Sequence record: OQ689734.1 | Length of the DNA: 64,000 nucleotides | Source of the DNA: Escherichia phage 4E8 | Strand: one strand, 5' to 3' | In this document: in pieces, positions 55,830 to 64,000 of the stretch | How the letters are laid out: every line of letters begins with the position of its first letter | How positions within the stretch are numbered: the first letter of the stretch is position 1 | Notes under the pieces: generated by a model | What the model was told of the DNA's origin: nothing | What the model saw: the letters and a program-made list of their open reading frames with translations, nothing else | Database searches by the model: none | Made by a program: the position numbers and the translations under genes

Positions 55830-55858
55830 AGCCCTCTGATAAACACAAGGGCTATAAG
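55830..55858 (-). repeat. conserved hairpin element, copy 2
   Basis: ATAGCCCT-loop-AGGGCTAT 7 nt after stop of 55865 gene; flanks (CTCACAT...GTTACT) conserved with copy 1. Confidence 0.5.
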
Positions 55859-55864
55859 TCGGTG

Positions 55865-56176
55865 TTACTTAACTGCTTCCATCATTTTACGAACGTTATC
55901 CACACCTTTCTGAATCAAAGGCAGGAACTCATCACCCAAATTAGAAGGCAGAAGACTTAAGCTTCCAGTCTTGATGCCACGACATGCTGACTCTACTTCT
56001 TCCGGAAACAATGTCATATTAAACCACGGAGATTTAATCTCTACTGTAAACCCGGGATTGTATCGGCTCTCACTGTGGTCAAACTCCAGATAAGTAACAC
56101 CAGGACAATGTTTTATTTGAGCACGAATTGTTACAGTAGGCTTACACATCACAAAAGAAGAAACAAACATAATCAC
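55865..56176 (-). CDS. hypothetical protein
   Basis: 103-aa ORF. Confidence 0.5.
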   Translation of the reverse strand: MIMFVSSFVMCKPTVTIRAQIKHCPGVTYLEFDHSESRYNPGFTVEIKSPWFNMTLFPEEVESACRGIKTGSLSLLPSNLGDEFLPLIQKGVDNVRKMMEAVK

Positions 56177-56430
56177 TTACCTTTATTGGTAATCACTGCA
56201 TCAGGGATAAGGACTACAGGAAGATCTGAAGCGAGTTTCATAACCTGATTAGTACTTAAACTAAGTACAACTGTTCCAGAATCTTTCTTGTTTGACTCTG
56301 TTACGTGTGGAGTAAATAAACCAACAACCAAATAGTGACCGAAGCGTGTAGCTTTAACTTGGAACACGTCCCCAAGCTTTAAATCACCCACTGTAAGATC
56401 TGGGTCTTTCAACTCAAGATCAATCTTCAT
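56173..56430 (-). CDS. small protein, GDVF-family paralog E
   Basis: LKLGDVF...YLVV...VVLSLSTNQVMKL. Confidence 0.5.
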   Translation of the reverse strand: MKIDLELKDPDLTVGDLKLGDVFQVKATRFGHYLVVGLFTPHVTESNKKDSGTVVLSLSTNQVMKLASDLPVVLIPDAVITNKGK

Positions 56431-56680
56431 CTTTAACCTCGATGTTAGTTATGTGAAGATCACTGCGTACTTGGCAAACTTCATCCCGTTTAAAAGGCAT
56501 GAGCTTTCCAGTTACCACATCAACACAGTTGACATAATTGTCTGCGTACAATGAGTCGGTTCTAATGTAAAGGGACTCTTTACGCTCAAATAGAACCCCC
56601 GGCTTTATATTATTTAAGCGAAGCATTGTACGGTTAGATTTAATATTAACCTTCACTGTTGATCTCCTGTTGCTTGGCAA
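56420..56680 (-). CDS. small protein, GDVF-family paralog F
   Basis: IKPGVLF...LYIRT...VNCVDVVTGKLMPF; real start probably an internal GTG/ATG (track ORF overlaps upstream gene). Confidence 0.45.
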   Translation of the reverse strand: MPSNRRSTVKVNIKSNRTMLRLNNIKPGVLFERKESLYIRTDSLYADNYVNCVDVVTGKLMPFKRDEVCQVRSDLHITNIEVKDED

Positions 56681-56951
56681 TAGCTACTTGCAAGTCTTCA
56701 TTAGCACGAGCAAGGCGTTTAACTTCATGATCAAGGCTGATAAGGCGCTTATTTCTGTCTTCAACCTGTTCAACCAGATCAAAAAGCTTAACTCTCACCT
56801 TTTCTGTATACATCTCCTCTACTTTAACCAGACTGTTATAGCGACGTTCCCAGCTGGCTGCTTTGTTTCTTAGGATAATAAAACCCAACACAGCAACAGT
56901 TAACAGCAATACAAGTAAGAATTTATATACTTCAATACTCATCTTATTCAC
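56646..56951 (-). CDS. TM-anchored coiled-coil protein (FtsB/spanin-like topology)
   Basis: N-terminal TM helix FLLVLLLTVAVLGFIIL followed by heptad-rich helical region. Confidence 0.5.
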   Translation of the reverse strand: MNKMSIEVYKFLLVLLLTVAVLGFIILRNKAASWERRYNSLVKVEEMYTEKVRVKLFDLVEQVEDRNKRLISLDHEVKRLARANEDLQVAIAKQQEINSEG

Positions 56952-57140
56952 CTTTAAAGTAAGTTATTATAAGAAATATTATTTAGAATTATTATTTTCT
57001 AAACATAATTTCTATAATCTTTTTCAGAGGTCTATATACAGTCATTACCCCTAGTTCCAAATTGCTTCCACTTTTCAGCGACTATTTTCTAAGTGGCTGT
57101 TTTATAAGGGAATTTAGTTTGTCAATTCTGGCACCTATGA

Positions 57141-57527
57141 TTATTCATGAGCATCATTATTGAACACTAAATCACCACAATACATCGGATTGGTGTACCA
57201 CTTTGGCACCCCCTCGCTCTTACTCTGAAAGTAGGTTCCACTATACAGAGGAACATAGTTCTTCTTGAGAGCACGTCTAGCAAGCTGCTCGCTTTCTCTT
57301 ATGGCTTGTTTAGTCATAGGATTATCATCACGAATCAGCTTTACGTAACGCTTAAAAGGTTTCTCCTTTCTAAGTAATACAGGAATCCACTCAAACTGGT
57401 TCTTTTGTCTTATCACCTGTTCAGCGGTCAGTTTTCGTTGTGACATTCTGTTTATTACGGTATCCGCAACTAATGCTTTACATGCGGTTGGCTGATTCCC
57501 TGCCTCATAATAAATAGTCAATGTCAA
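57141..57527 (-). CDS. SleB/CwlJ-type cell-wall hydrolase domain protein
   Basis: IYYEAGNQPTACKALVADTVINR matches the Hydrolase_2 (SleB) N-terminal signature. Confidence 0.6.
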   Translation of the reverse strand: MTLTIYYEAGNQPTACKALVADTVINRMSQRKLTAEQVIRQKNQFEWIPVLLRKEKPFKRYVKLIRDDNPMTKQAIRESEQLARRALKKNYVPLYSGTYFQSKSEGVPKWYTNPMYCGDLVFNNDAHE

Positions 57528-57660
57528 AAGTAGCTGGGCCGTTGTTATCAGAACTTACTACCCCCCTATTCTATGGGTACAAAAAAGCCCCAGCCGTAGC
57601 CGGGGCAAACCTGAAAGCAATACATGACTATTGCAGTAAAAACACTCGTAAATGCGCTTA

Positions 57661-57691
57661 CGGCAACGACAAAAGCCGCTCAAAGGCGGCT
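57661..57691 (-). terminator. terminator-like hairpin (minus strand)
   Basis: agccgc-tttgag-gcggct hairpin followed by TTTTGTCGTT on minus strand. Confidence 0.4.
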
Positions 57692-57767
57692 ATGTGGAAG
57701 CTTCAAATGGGGAGAGGGCACGGGGCACAGAGAAACGTCACAGTAGCTGCAAAGAAGCCTCTCGCTA

Positions 57768-58211
57768 TTACTTAACTCTCGCTTCCTTGATGGGGTCAAT
57801 GTATTTTTCGACTCCCCATTTGTGCTGACTGTCAGCGTAGAAAACATCAGGTGCACACTGGCTTGTTTTAGGGAAGGCTTGCGGGTCTTTGGTGCTCCCT
57901 TTAAACTTCTGTTTACCACGGGTGCGACCATTACAGAAGATTTCTAACTTCTTCTCTTCTTCTGTTTTAGCACCCCCGCTCTGTAACAAAGATCGTTTAT
58001 GATCAGCTAACAATAACGCATCAGCACGATGAACGCGATGGCCTACACGTTTTGCCACACTAGAAGGAATATGAGATTCAGCCTCAGCCCTTGCAGCACG
58101 ACGTTTTAAACTACGCTTACTAACGTGATTAGTTGCCTTCGGTTTCTCTTTCTCCAGTTCAGAGATAGCAAAACAACGCCCGCCCTTCATGCTGATTTTA
58201 GATTTAGCCAC
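57768..58211 (-). CDS. basic hypothetical protein
   Basis: 147-aa Lys/Arg-rich ORF. Confidence 0.5.
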   Translation of the reverse strand: MAKSKISMKGGRCFAISELEKEKPKATNHVSKRSLKRRAARAEAESHIPSSVAKRVGHRVHRADALLLADHKRSLLQSGGAKTEEEKKLEIFCNGRTRGKQKFKGSTKDPQAFPKTSQCAPDVFYADSQHKWGVEKYIDPIKEARVK

Positions 58212-58280
58212 AATCTTATTCCTTTTAGTGATAAATTATATCGGGCAAGCCCATCGTAGGGATAGGCTTGAACAAACAAT

Positions 58281-58490
58281 TCAATCAAGTAAACTAAATG
58301 ACTTCCAACTGCGCAGCAGGATTGTACCATCATCCAGAGTCACGCATAACTTTAACAGTTTCTTGTTAGCACTGCTCACCGTTGTAATTTGTCCGGTTGT
58401 GCATTTACCTTTATTGCTATAAAGATATATAACACGACGACCTAACAGACGAGATGGAGCTTTCTTAAATTCAGATATATTAGTTATCAT
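58281..58490 (-). CDS. hypothetical protein
   Basis: 69-aa ORF; ATGA overlap with upstream gene. Confidence 0.45.
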   Translation of the reverse strand: MITNISEFKKAPSRLLGRRVIYLYSNKGKCTTGQITTVSSANKKLLKLCVTLDDGTILLRSWKSFSLLD

Positions 58491-58711
58491 GATGCTTGAT
58501 ACCTTTGAATGTGTTCAATACGGGTTGATTGAGCAAATGACGCTTTAACAGCCATTTTCCTAACTTCTTCTTTACGCTGGTTAGTGTGTACAGTATCCCA
58601 GTGGTTGTTATCACGTTGGCGCTGTAATATCTTACTACATTTGCGATGGTTTCCCGTGCTGCGATGTTTCTCACAAATAGGACACTTGCCAAAATTGCTA
58701 CTGAATATCAT
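58487..58711 (-). CDS. small zinc-finger-like protein
   Basis: CPICEKH...HRKC; chosen over overlapping frame 58480-58692 because both ends make 4-nt coupled overlaps. Confidence 0.45.
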   Translation of the reverse strand: MIFSSNFGKCPICEKHRSTGNHRKCSKILQRQRDNNHWDTVHTNQRKEEVRKMAVKASFAQSTRIEHIQRYQAS

Positions 58712-58935
58712 TTTCTCAATCCCAACTTTCTTAAGATACGGCCTAACGTTGTTTCTTGCGTGATAATATAGCTGATCGCTTCACGTTCCAACGTTTCAAC
58801 CTTCATTGGCGACGGATACCATTCACCGGTAATAATACATTTACATTCAACGCCATACTTTTTAGATAGGCGGTAATGTTGACCGTTGACAAGGTTTCTA
58901 TAAACCGTGGTATGCGTAATTAACATGATCATCAC
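58708..58935 (-). CDS. hypothetical protein
   Basis: 75-aa ORF. Confidence 0.45.
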   Translation of the reverse strand: MMIMLITHTTVYRNLVNGQHYRLSKKYGVECKCIITGEWYPSPMKVETLEREAISYIITQETTLGRILRKLGLRK

Positions 58936-59037
58936 CTTTGATTAAATTCTTTGATTAATGCACTGAATCAATGCACTGATAAAAGAAAAGGCGCTACCCG
59001 TTAAGATAGCGCCTTATGTTTATTTAGATTGTCTTAC

Positions 59038-59946
59038 TTATGCCACCTGACGTGCCGCCATAATCTCAGCCGCTTTACGCAATACTTCTTCCTCTTCTGC
59101 TTTCGCCGCTTGTTCGGTACGGGTAGCAACCGTTGAAGAGATACGACCGCGCAGATTATCTAACTTTTCCTGCATAGCTGTAACAGCTTTTTCCATTTCA
59201 TCAGCGTATGAATCGAGTGATTCTAATTCCTTGCTTGATGCGTTCATCAGATAATCGTCAGAGATCGCTACCGTTGAAGCCGTGACTTTCTTGATGAGTG
59301 AATCAAAGGACTTTTTAACTTTGCCGACTTCTTCACTCAGGGCGATAGTATTGTCACTGGTAGCGCCGTTACGCTCATCAGCCAACAATTTTGCTTCAAT
59401 ACGGATTGCATTCAATCGTTCGACCAGTGCATAAATATCCTGATTAAAATCCTCTTTAACTTTCGCCGGGATTTGCAGGTGTGCCGCGACGTTATCGTTA
59501 CAGCCTTTAAAGAAGTTAGGATTATCGACTTCAATTTCATCACCCTTTGCAAATTTTTCGAAAGAGTTTGACCAGCGAGCGCGGTTTTGTTCCATTTTCG
59601 CCTTGATTTGCGATTCTTTCGCACCTTCTTTCGCTTTCGCCTCACCTTCCAGATTAATCCACTTCTTACGACCGTTCGCCGCCTCGGTGTTATATTTGAT
59701 AGGAGTTAAGAAGGTAATTGCAGTGGCGATCACATCCATATCGCGGAAACGTTCAGTTAACAGAAAATCGATCGCTGCCTGCAATACGTCTAACTTTTTA
59801 CCGTTGCTGCGGAAGTGCTGCAAATGACCTAACAAGAAGTTAGAAACATCTTGCTTAATCGCCGCGTTATTGCTACGGATATTGTTAGCCAGTGCATTAA
59901 AACCGGATTCGTTAACCAGATTAAAGATTTTAGCCATGATATTCAC
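59038..59946 (-). CDS. hypothetical protein, 302 aa, compositionally distinct
   Basis: long ORF with visibly GC-richer codon usage than the rest of the window; Ala/Lys/Glu-rich helical C-terminal half. Confidence 0.6.
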   Translation of the reverse strand: MNIMAKIFNLVNESGFNALANNIRSNNAAIKQDVSNFLLGHLQHFRSNGKKLDVLQAAIDFLLTERFRDMDVIATAITFLTPIKYNTEAANGRKKWINLEGEAKAKEGAKESQIKAKMEQNRARWSNSFEKFAKGDEIEVDNPNFFKGCNDNVAAHLQIPAKVKEDFNQDIYALVERLNAIRIEAKLLADERNGATSDNTIALSEEVGKVKKSFDSLIKKVTASTVAISDDYLMNASSKELESLDSYADEMEKAVTAMQEKLDNLRGRISSTVATRTEQAAKAEEEEVLRKAAEIMAARQVA

Positions 59947-61265
59947 CTTTCAATTGTAAGGGCACTATGCCCCGCTCTCTATGAGCTTTTTAAGCCATTA
60001 TTGACTTATCGATAACCACTCATTTTTAAGTAGTTATTGATAAGTAAGGGAGTCTTATCAGGAGTTAACCTTGCTCCCTTATTATCTGCGATGTTTCATC
60101 TGGTATCTTTAATTAGTCGCTATAAACTAAGCCGACCTGATAGCGATGATCAATCATCACAATAAGGCAGTGTGCCCGACTCTAATTAGTTACTTTATTG
60201 TAACCGTCGGTAATATCGTTTACTTTGCTTTCGCTCCCGCCTATCCTTTTATACTAACTCTCAATCGCTAACCATCGCCCACTACGGGAGGTTATTGCGA
60301 AAGAGTCATTAGCCGTCTAATATTCCGACGTTTTATATCTTTCGGCAAGTTTACTACATAACCCGACTATGTACTTTCATCTTATGATGAATCTCAAGCC
60401 GTTCACATCGTAAACGTTCACACTAAACCTTATTGTTAAATAGCAATTTGCCACTTTTTAACCATTCCCCGCCGCTCTCAATTGAGCGTTAATTCGTCGG
60501 GCTTGTCTACCCTGATTCACTTCTTCCACCGTAGCGCCTTGTTAGCGATGGCCGCCGCTACCCTTTAACCGTGGGCGATTAGCTTAAGCCTTTGCGTGCA
60601 CTCGATGAGTCCGCTTATCAGTGGTGACGTTTCCAGTTAAGGGATTGTGAGATTGTTTTCTCTGATAGTCTAGAGAATCTCACACCGTTTTATCTGGTAT
60701 GCTTTCCGATGGTTATTATCATCAAGCATATTCAACCGATATAGGAGAATGTTTAAATTGTTAAAGAGCGGTAAATCTATCAACGTGCTTTCTCACGTTA
60801 TGCAACTGTTAGCCGTTGTTACGCTTTTCACTGAAGCGGTGATTTGCTTAAGTGTGCTCATTATGAATCATGCTGATTTAGCTGTCAACCGCTTTTTTAA
60901 TCTTTTTCGTCGTTCCCTTTATTGGGAGGATATATCAATCAGCTATATTTGATTGAAGATTAAGCGGTAATGCTTAACCCATGATTCATATTTTTAAAGA
61001 GCATTTAGCCTTTTATAGTGTCTGCTAATCACTGCATCATTAAAGGCTTACTTATTCATTAACGGGGCGCCTAAGCCCGAACTACTCGCTGCACTATGTG
61101 CCACCTTTCCCGCGATACGTTGATTTGGGAACTAGTTAACGTTGTTTTGTTAACTTGTGGTTAGTATGGACTACTTTAACCACGTTTGCAACCTCTTTTT
61201 TATCATCTTCTTTTATTCCGTTCCCTTATCTCGCTTGAATCTATGCGAAAGGGCAAGATGATAAG

Positions 61266-61281
61266 TTTTTAAAGAGCGGGG
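61266..61281 (+). repeat. TTTTTAAAGAGCGGGG direct repeat, copy 3 of 4
   Basis: exact 16-mer repeated at 61376; shorter versions at 60761 (TTAAAGAGCGG) and 60991 (TTTTTAAAGAGC). Confidence 0.5.
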
Positions 61282-61375
61282 ATCTTTTGATTCATCGCTG
61301 AATATGTGCTCATTATACGTTAGGCTTTTCAGTTGTCAACATTCTTTTCAGAATGTTTTTCACTTTCCAGCCTAC

Positions 61376-61391
61376 TTTTTAAAGAGCGGGG
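61376..61391 (+). repeat. TTTTTAAAGAGCGGGG direct repeat, copy 4 of 4
   Basis: identical to 61266-61281. Confidence 0.5.
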
Positions 61392-61620
61392 CAATTTCTT
61401 GCCTTGTATGTTTTACATCGTACCCGATGAAATGAAGTATACACTAATCAGATGAGGTTGCAATAGGGTAAAGCAAATTATTTTAAACTTTTTTGAAAGG
61501 TGGGAAGTATAAGAGAATGCGCGCGGGATAACATACGCAAAACAGGCTGTAAATCACTTTCTAACGTCCTGTAAGCCATCCTAACGAGCTAAAAGGGAGT
61601 AAGGCATACAATCACCCTAT

Positions 61621-61647
61621 AAATGAAAAAAGCCTCACAGTGAGGCT
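61621..61647 (-). terminator. rho-independent terminator (minus strand)
   Basis: agcctcac-t-gtgaggct hairpin followed by TTTTTTCATTT on minus strand, downstream of 61725 gene. Confidence 0.55.
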
Positions 61648-61724
61648 CATAGGGAGGTTTTAAAGCATTAAGTAAATTATGACCATAGGCATGACTACGG
61701 CACAATATAGGAGAAAGATTAAGC

Positions 61725-62102
61725 CTATGGATTTGCACATTGACCATTACCGGATGCTATTTCATTCATTGACTCATCAAACAAGGTTAGGGATGAGCGC
61801 ATCAGATGATCAATCATGACTTGTTTACCAGTGGTTTCATTTACCAGTTGAATAGTTTTATCATATGATTGTACATGATCGAAATCATTTACATGTAAAA
61901 TAATAACCTTAGGTGACTGTTTACCGGTATCATAATTTTCTATAAGATAGGTACATTGCAAGCCTTCGATAGTCTTAGGCGTGAATGTTGCAGCCTTAAC
62001 ACTACCTATAGACGATAGGAGAACGCCCAGCAGGAGAACGACAAGGAAAAAGCCCACGAATACTTTTACTACAAATTTGATAATACCCATGATAATAATC
62101 AC
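61725..62102 (-). CDS. membrane-anchored hypothetical protein
   Basis: N-terminal TM segment FVGFFLVVLLLGVLL. Confidence 0.5.
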   Translation of the reverse strand: MIIIMGIIKFVVKVFVGFFLVVLLLGVLLSSIGSVKAATFTPKTIEGLQCTYLIENYDTGKQSPKVIILHVNDFDHVQSYDKTIQLVNETTGKQVMIDHLMRSSLTLFDESMNEIASGNGQCANP

Positions 62103-62187
62103 CTATAGTTAGAGAATATAAGAATAAAGCATATCAGCGACAAATAGCGCCACTGTAGCGACGAACAAGCAACGCCAAAAATAATCA

Positions 62188-62457
62188 TTAATCATCGTTG
62201 CTACCCTCGCCAAAAAAGGATATACTGATTTGTTCCACTTCTTCCAGCGACAGGAGAATCCCGCGTTGGGCTAAATACTTTCCAACAGTCAGATAGTCCT
62301 GTACTAAACAGACAACAGGAAAGCGGATAGTCTGTATTTCACCCTTAGAAAGAAAGGATAGATAGCCAACGTCGACTGATTCATCAAAGGATAACGTAAC
62401 GCCACCGTAATTATGCGTGTCAATCAATGCAATAGTTTCATTTCCCATTCGTAACAT
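62188..62457 (-). CDS. hypothetical protein
   Basis: 89-aa ORF. Confidence 0.45.
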   Translation of the reverse strand: MLRMGNETIALIDTHNYGGVTLSFDESVDVGYLSFLSKGEIQTIRFPVVCLVQDYLTVGKYLAQRGILLSLEEVEQISISFFGEGSNDD

Positions 62458-62704
62458 CCTCGATTAGCCCGTGATTGAGCAGGTTAGCCAGCGATAATCC
62501 ACCGTCAAAATAAATTGAGCGGAAATCATCGCGGTTAATTTCAAGATCAGCAAACATTAGCCAATTTTTAGCCTGCTTAAAATCCATCTTGCAAAAAGTG
62601 ATAATAGGAACTGTTAACTGACCATCTAGGGTGTTAAACATAATTTCGGAACGACCGACAAAACAAGAAAAACCATTAGCAAACTTAACTTCTTTGATAG
62701 CCAT
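62438..62704 (-). CDS. hypothetical protein
   Basis: 88-aa ORF. Confidence 0.45.
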   Translation of the reverse strand: MAIKEVKFANGFSCFVGRSEIMFNTLDGQLTVPIITFCKMDFKQAKNWLMFADLEINRDDFRSIYFDGGLSLANLLNHGLIEDVTNGK

Positions 62705-62730
62705 TATTTACACTCCCAAAAATAGGTTAT

Positions 62731-63222
62731 TTACTTACTAGCCTTAATGCAGTTGGCTAAATTAACGTGAACGGTATAAACAGCGTTATCAGCGTTATTG
62801 TAAACAGTAGTCGCAATCATCGACTGATTAACCGGGCCATAACTCACTAGATTGGTTACAGCTTTAACGTCTTCGTAACGTTGTACAGTGCCAAATGTAA
62901 CCATATCCGCATCGTTATCAGTACGCTTGAGAACTAGATCACTGTTAGGCTGATTGTCTAGTGTTTTGGTACTAACGACCAGACCATCACGGGAAACGTT
63001 ACTAAATTTAACCTTTAAAACGACTTGATTGGTGTCACTATCCGCACCGTTGCAAATCATCCAACCCTTATCAATGGAACTAGCGAAAACGTCAGCGGCA
63101 TTAGTTGCAGGAGCAGGACTAGCGATAGCCTTATCAGAAAAAGAAGTTACCAGTGCACTGACACCGATGACTGTAACCAGCGCATAACTTGCCAGATTAA
63201 CAACCTGCATCACTTTCGCCAT
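62731..63222 (-). CDS. secreted/periplasmic hypothetical protein
   Basis: signal-peptide-like N-terminus YALVTVIGVSALVTSFS...AIASPA. Confidence 0.55.
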   Translation of the reverse strand: MAKVMQVVNLASYALVTVIGVSALVTSFSDKAIASPAPATNAADVFASSIDKGWMICNGADSDTNQVVLKVKFSNVSRDGLVVSTKTLDNQPNSDLVLKRTDNDADMVTFGTVQRYEDVKAVTNLVSYGPVNQSMIATTVYNNADNAVYTVHVNLANCIKASK

Positions 63223-63399
63223 TTTTGTTACTCCTTAGATAGAATCAATTAACTATCGCCACTATATATTAAAGGAAAGGACTGTCAACCATTTATTTTC
63301 TAACTTTCTCATAACTCACTGAATCAAAAAGGAATTTAATTTACTAAACTTTCTTACTCAGAGCATAGTTTACTACTTCTATTGTTACACTATCACATA

Positions 63400-63930
63400 A
63401 CGCCAGACATACGGGGAGAACAGGCCGCATAAACAGACCAACGGGGCAACGGTACAACGTAACCAGCACGGGGGAAGGATAAACGGGTGGGTTATAATGT
63501 AATGTTGTTACATGATGCTATTGTTAGCGGCTTGCGGAAGTAATATACCAATCAAATAATTCACTCATCAAACTATCACGCACTGCGTGCAACGCTGAAA
63601 AAGAAAGTAATAAAAGAAACAATTAAAAGAATGATAATAACATCAATTATTAAACCCAATCTAACTATTACATACATCATTAATCCACTCATAATCATTA
63701 CACTAATCATTATTTACATTCAAACTATGGGGCGATGTGATAGGTAGTATTAGTCTACCCTTTACTAGTTCGTCATCAGTTCGTTATCAGGGCTGGCCTC
63801 TCATACCCTCCCAATTAATGAGTGAAATAAACGGGGTGAAAGTAATGGGTACTATATTACACGGGGCATTATTAACACGGGATAGGACACGGGGGAAGGT
63901 TAGGACGTTCAGGCATGTTCACGGGGAAAG
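63400..63930 (+). repeat. ORF-free region with dispersed CACGGGG / AACGGGG direct repeats
   Basis: CACGGGGGAAGG at ~63468 and ~63888, CACGGGGAAAGG ~63912, AACGGGGCAACGG ~63442, ACGGGGAGAAC ~63410. Confidence 0.45.
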
Positions 63931-64000
63931 GAGGAAGTGAGGGAATAGCCACAATTTTAATGAGGACTCCCCCTTTTTAGGAAACGCGCGGCGAGCACCT

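Noticed and set aside
57521-57775. Plus-strand 84-aa ORF between two minus-strand genes
   Set aside because: Region contains a minus-strand terminator hairpin; ORF lacks an RBS and runs against local polarity. Low-probability gene.
58480-58692. 70-aa minus-strand ORF alternative to 58487-58711
   Set aside because: The other frame has a CxxC...HxxC motif and 4-nt coupled overlaps at both ends.
60749-60952. 67-aa plus-strand ORF inside the repeat-rich noncoding region
   Set aside because: Its start codon lies within one of the TTAAAGAGCGG repeats and the SD-to-ATG spacing is only 1-2 nt; more likely noncoding, but not excluded as a small membrane protein.
60761-61391. Possible CRISPR array suggested by repeated TTTTTAAAGAGCGGGG
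   Set aside because: Only two exact and two partial copies, with irregular spacing (about 110-270 bp) and no spacer-like periodicity; not a CRISPR array.
1-64000. Evidence for lysogeny or a mobile element (integrase, transposase, att sites)
   Set aside because: No tyrosine/serine recombinase or transposase motifs in any ORF; gene content is that of a strictly lytic phage.

Overview
This window looks like most of a virulent tailed-phage genome of moderate-to-low GC content, with no integrase, transposase or CRISPR array visible. Gene content (own sigma factor, one tRNA-Arg, GCS-type COOH-NH2 ligases, split family-A polymerase) suggests a phiEco32-like (Kuravirus-type) podophage; this is from memory of family signatures, not a search. 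Layout: 1-18644 on the + strand is a late tail / internal-virion-protein module with an embedded GH24 endolysin, a lytic transglycosylase and a 1481-aa ejection-type protein. 18762-59946 on the - strand is a converging replication / nucleotide-metabolism / early block. 59947-64000 is a compositionally distinct right end with an ORF-poor repeat region and a few small membrane or secreted genes. The most unusual content is a 10-kb cluster of amide-bond-forming enzymes (ATP-grasp, class-II amidotransferase, two GCS/glutamine-synthetase-like ligases, a gamma-glutamyl-cyclotransferase-like protein) with uncharacterised partners, plus two arrays of small paralogous proteins. All calls rest on motifs read directly from the translations; no searches were run.
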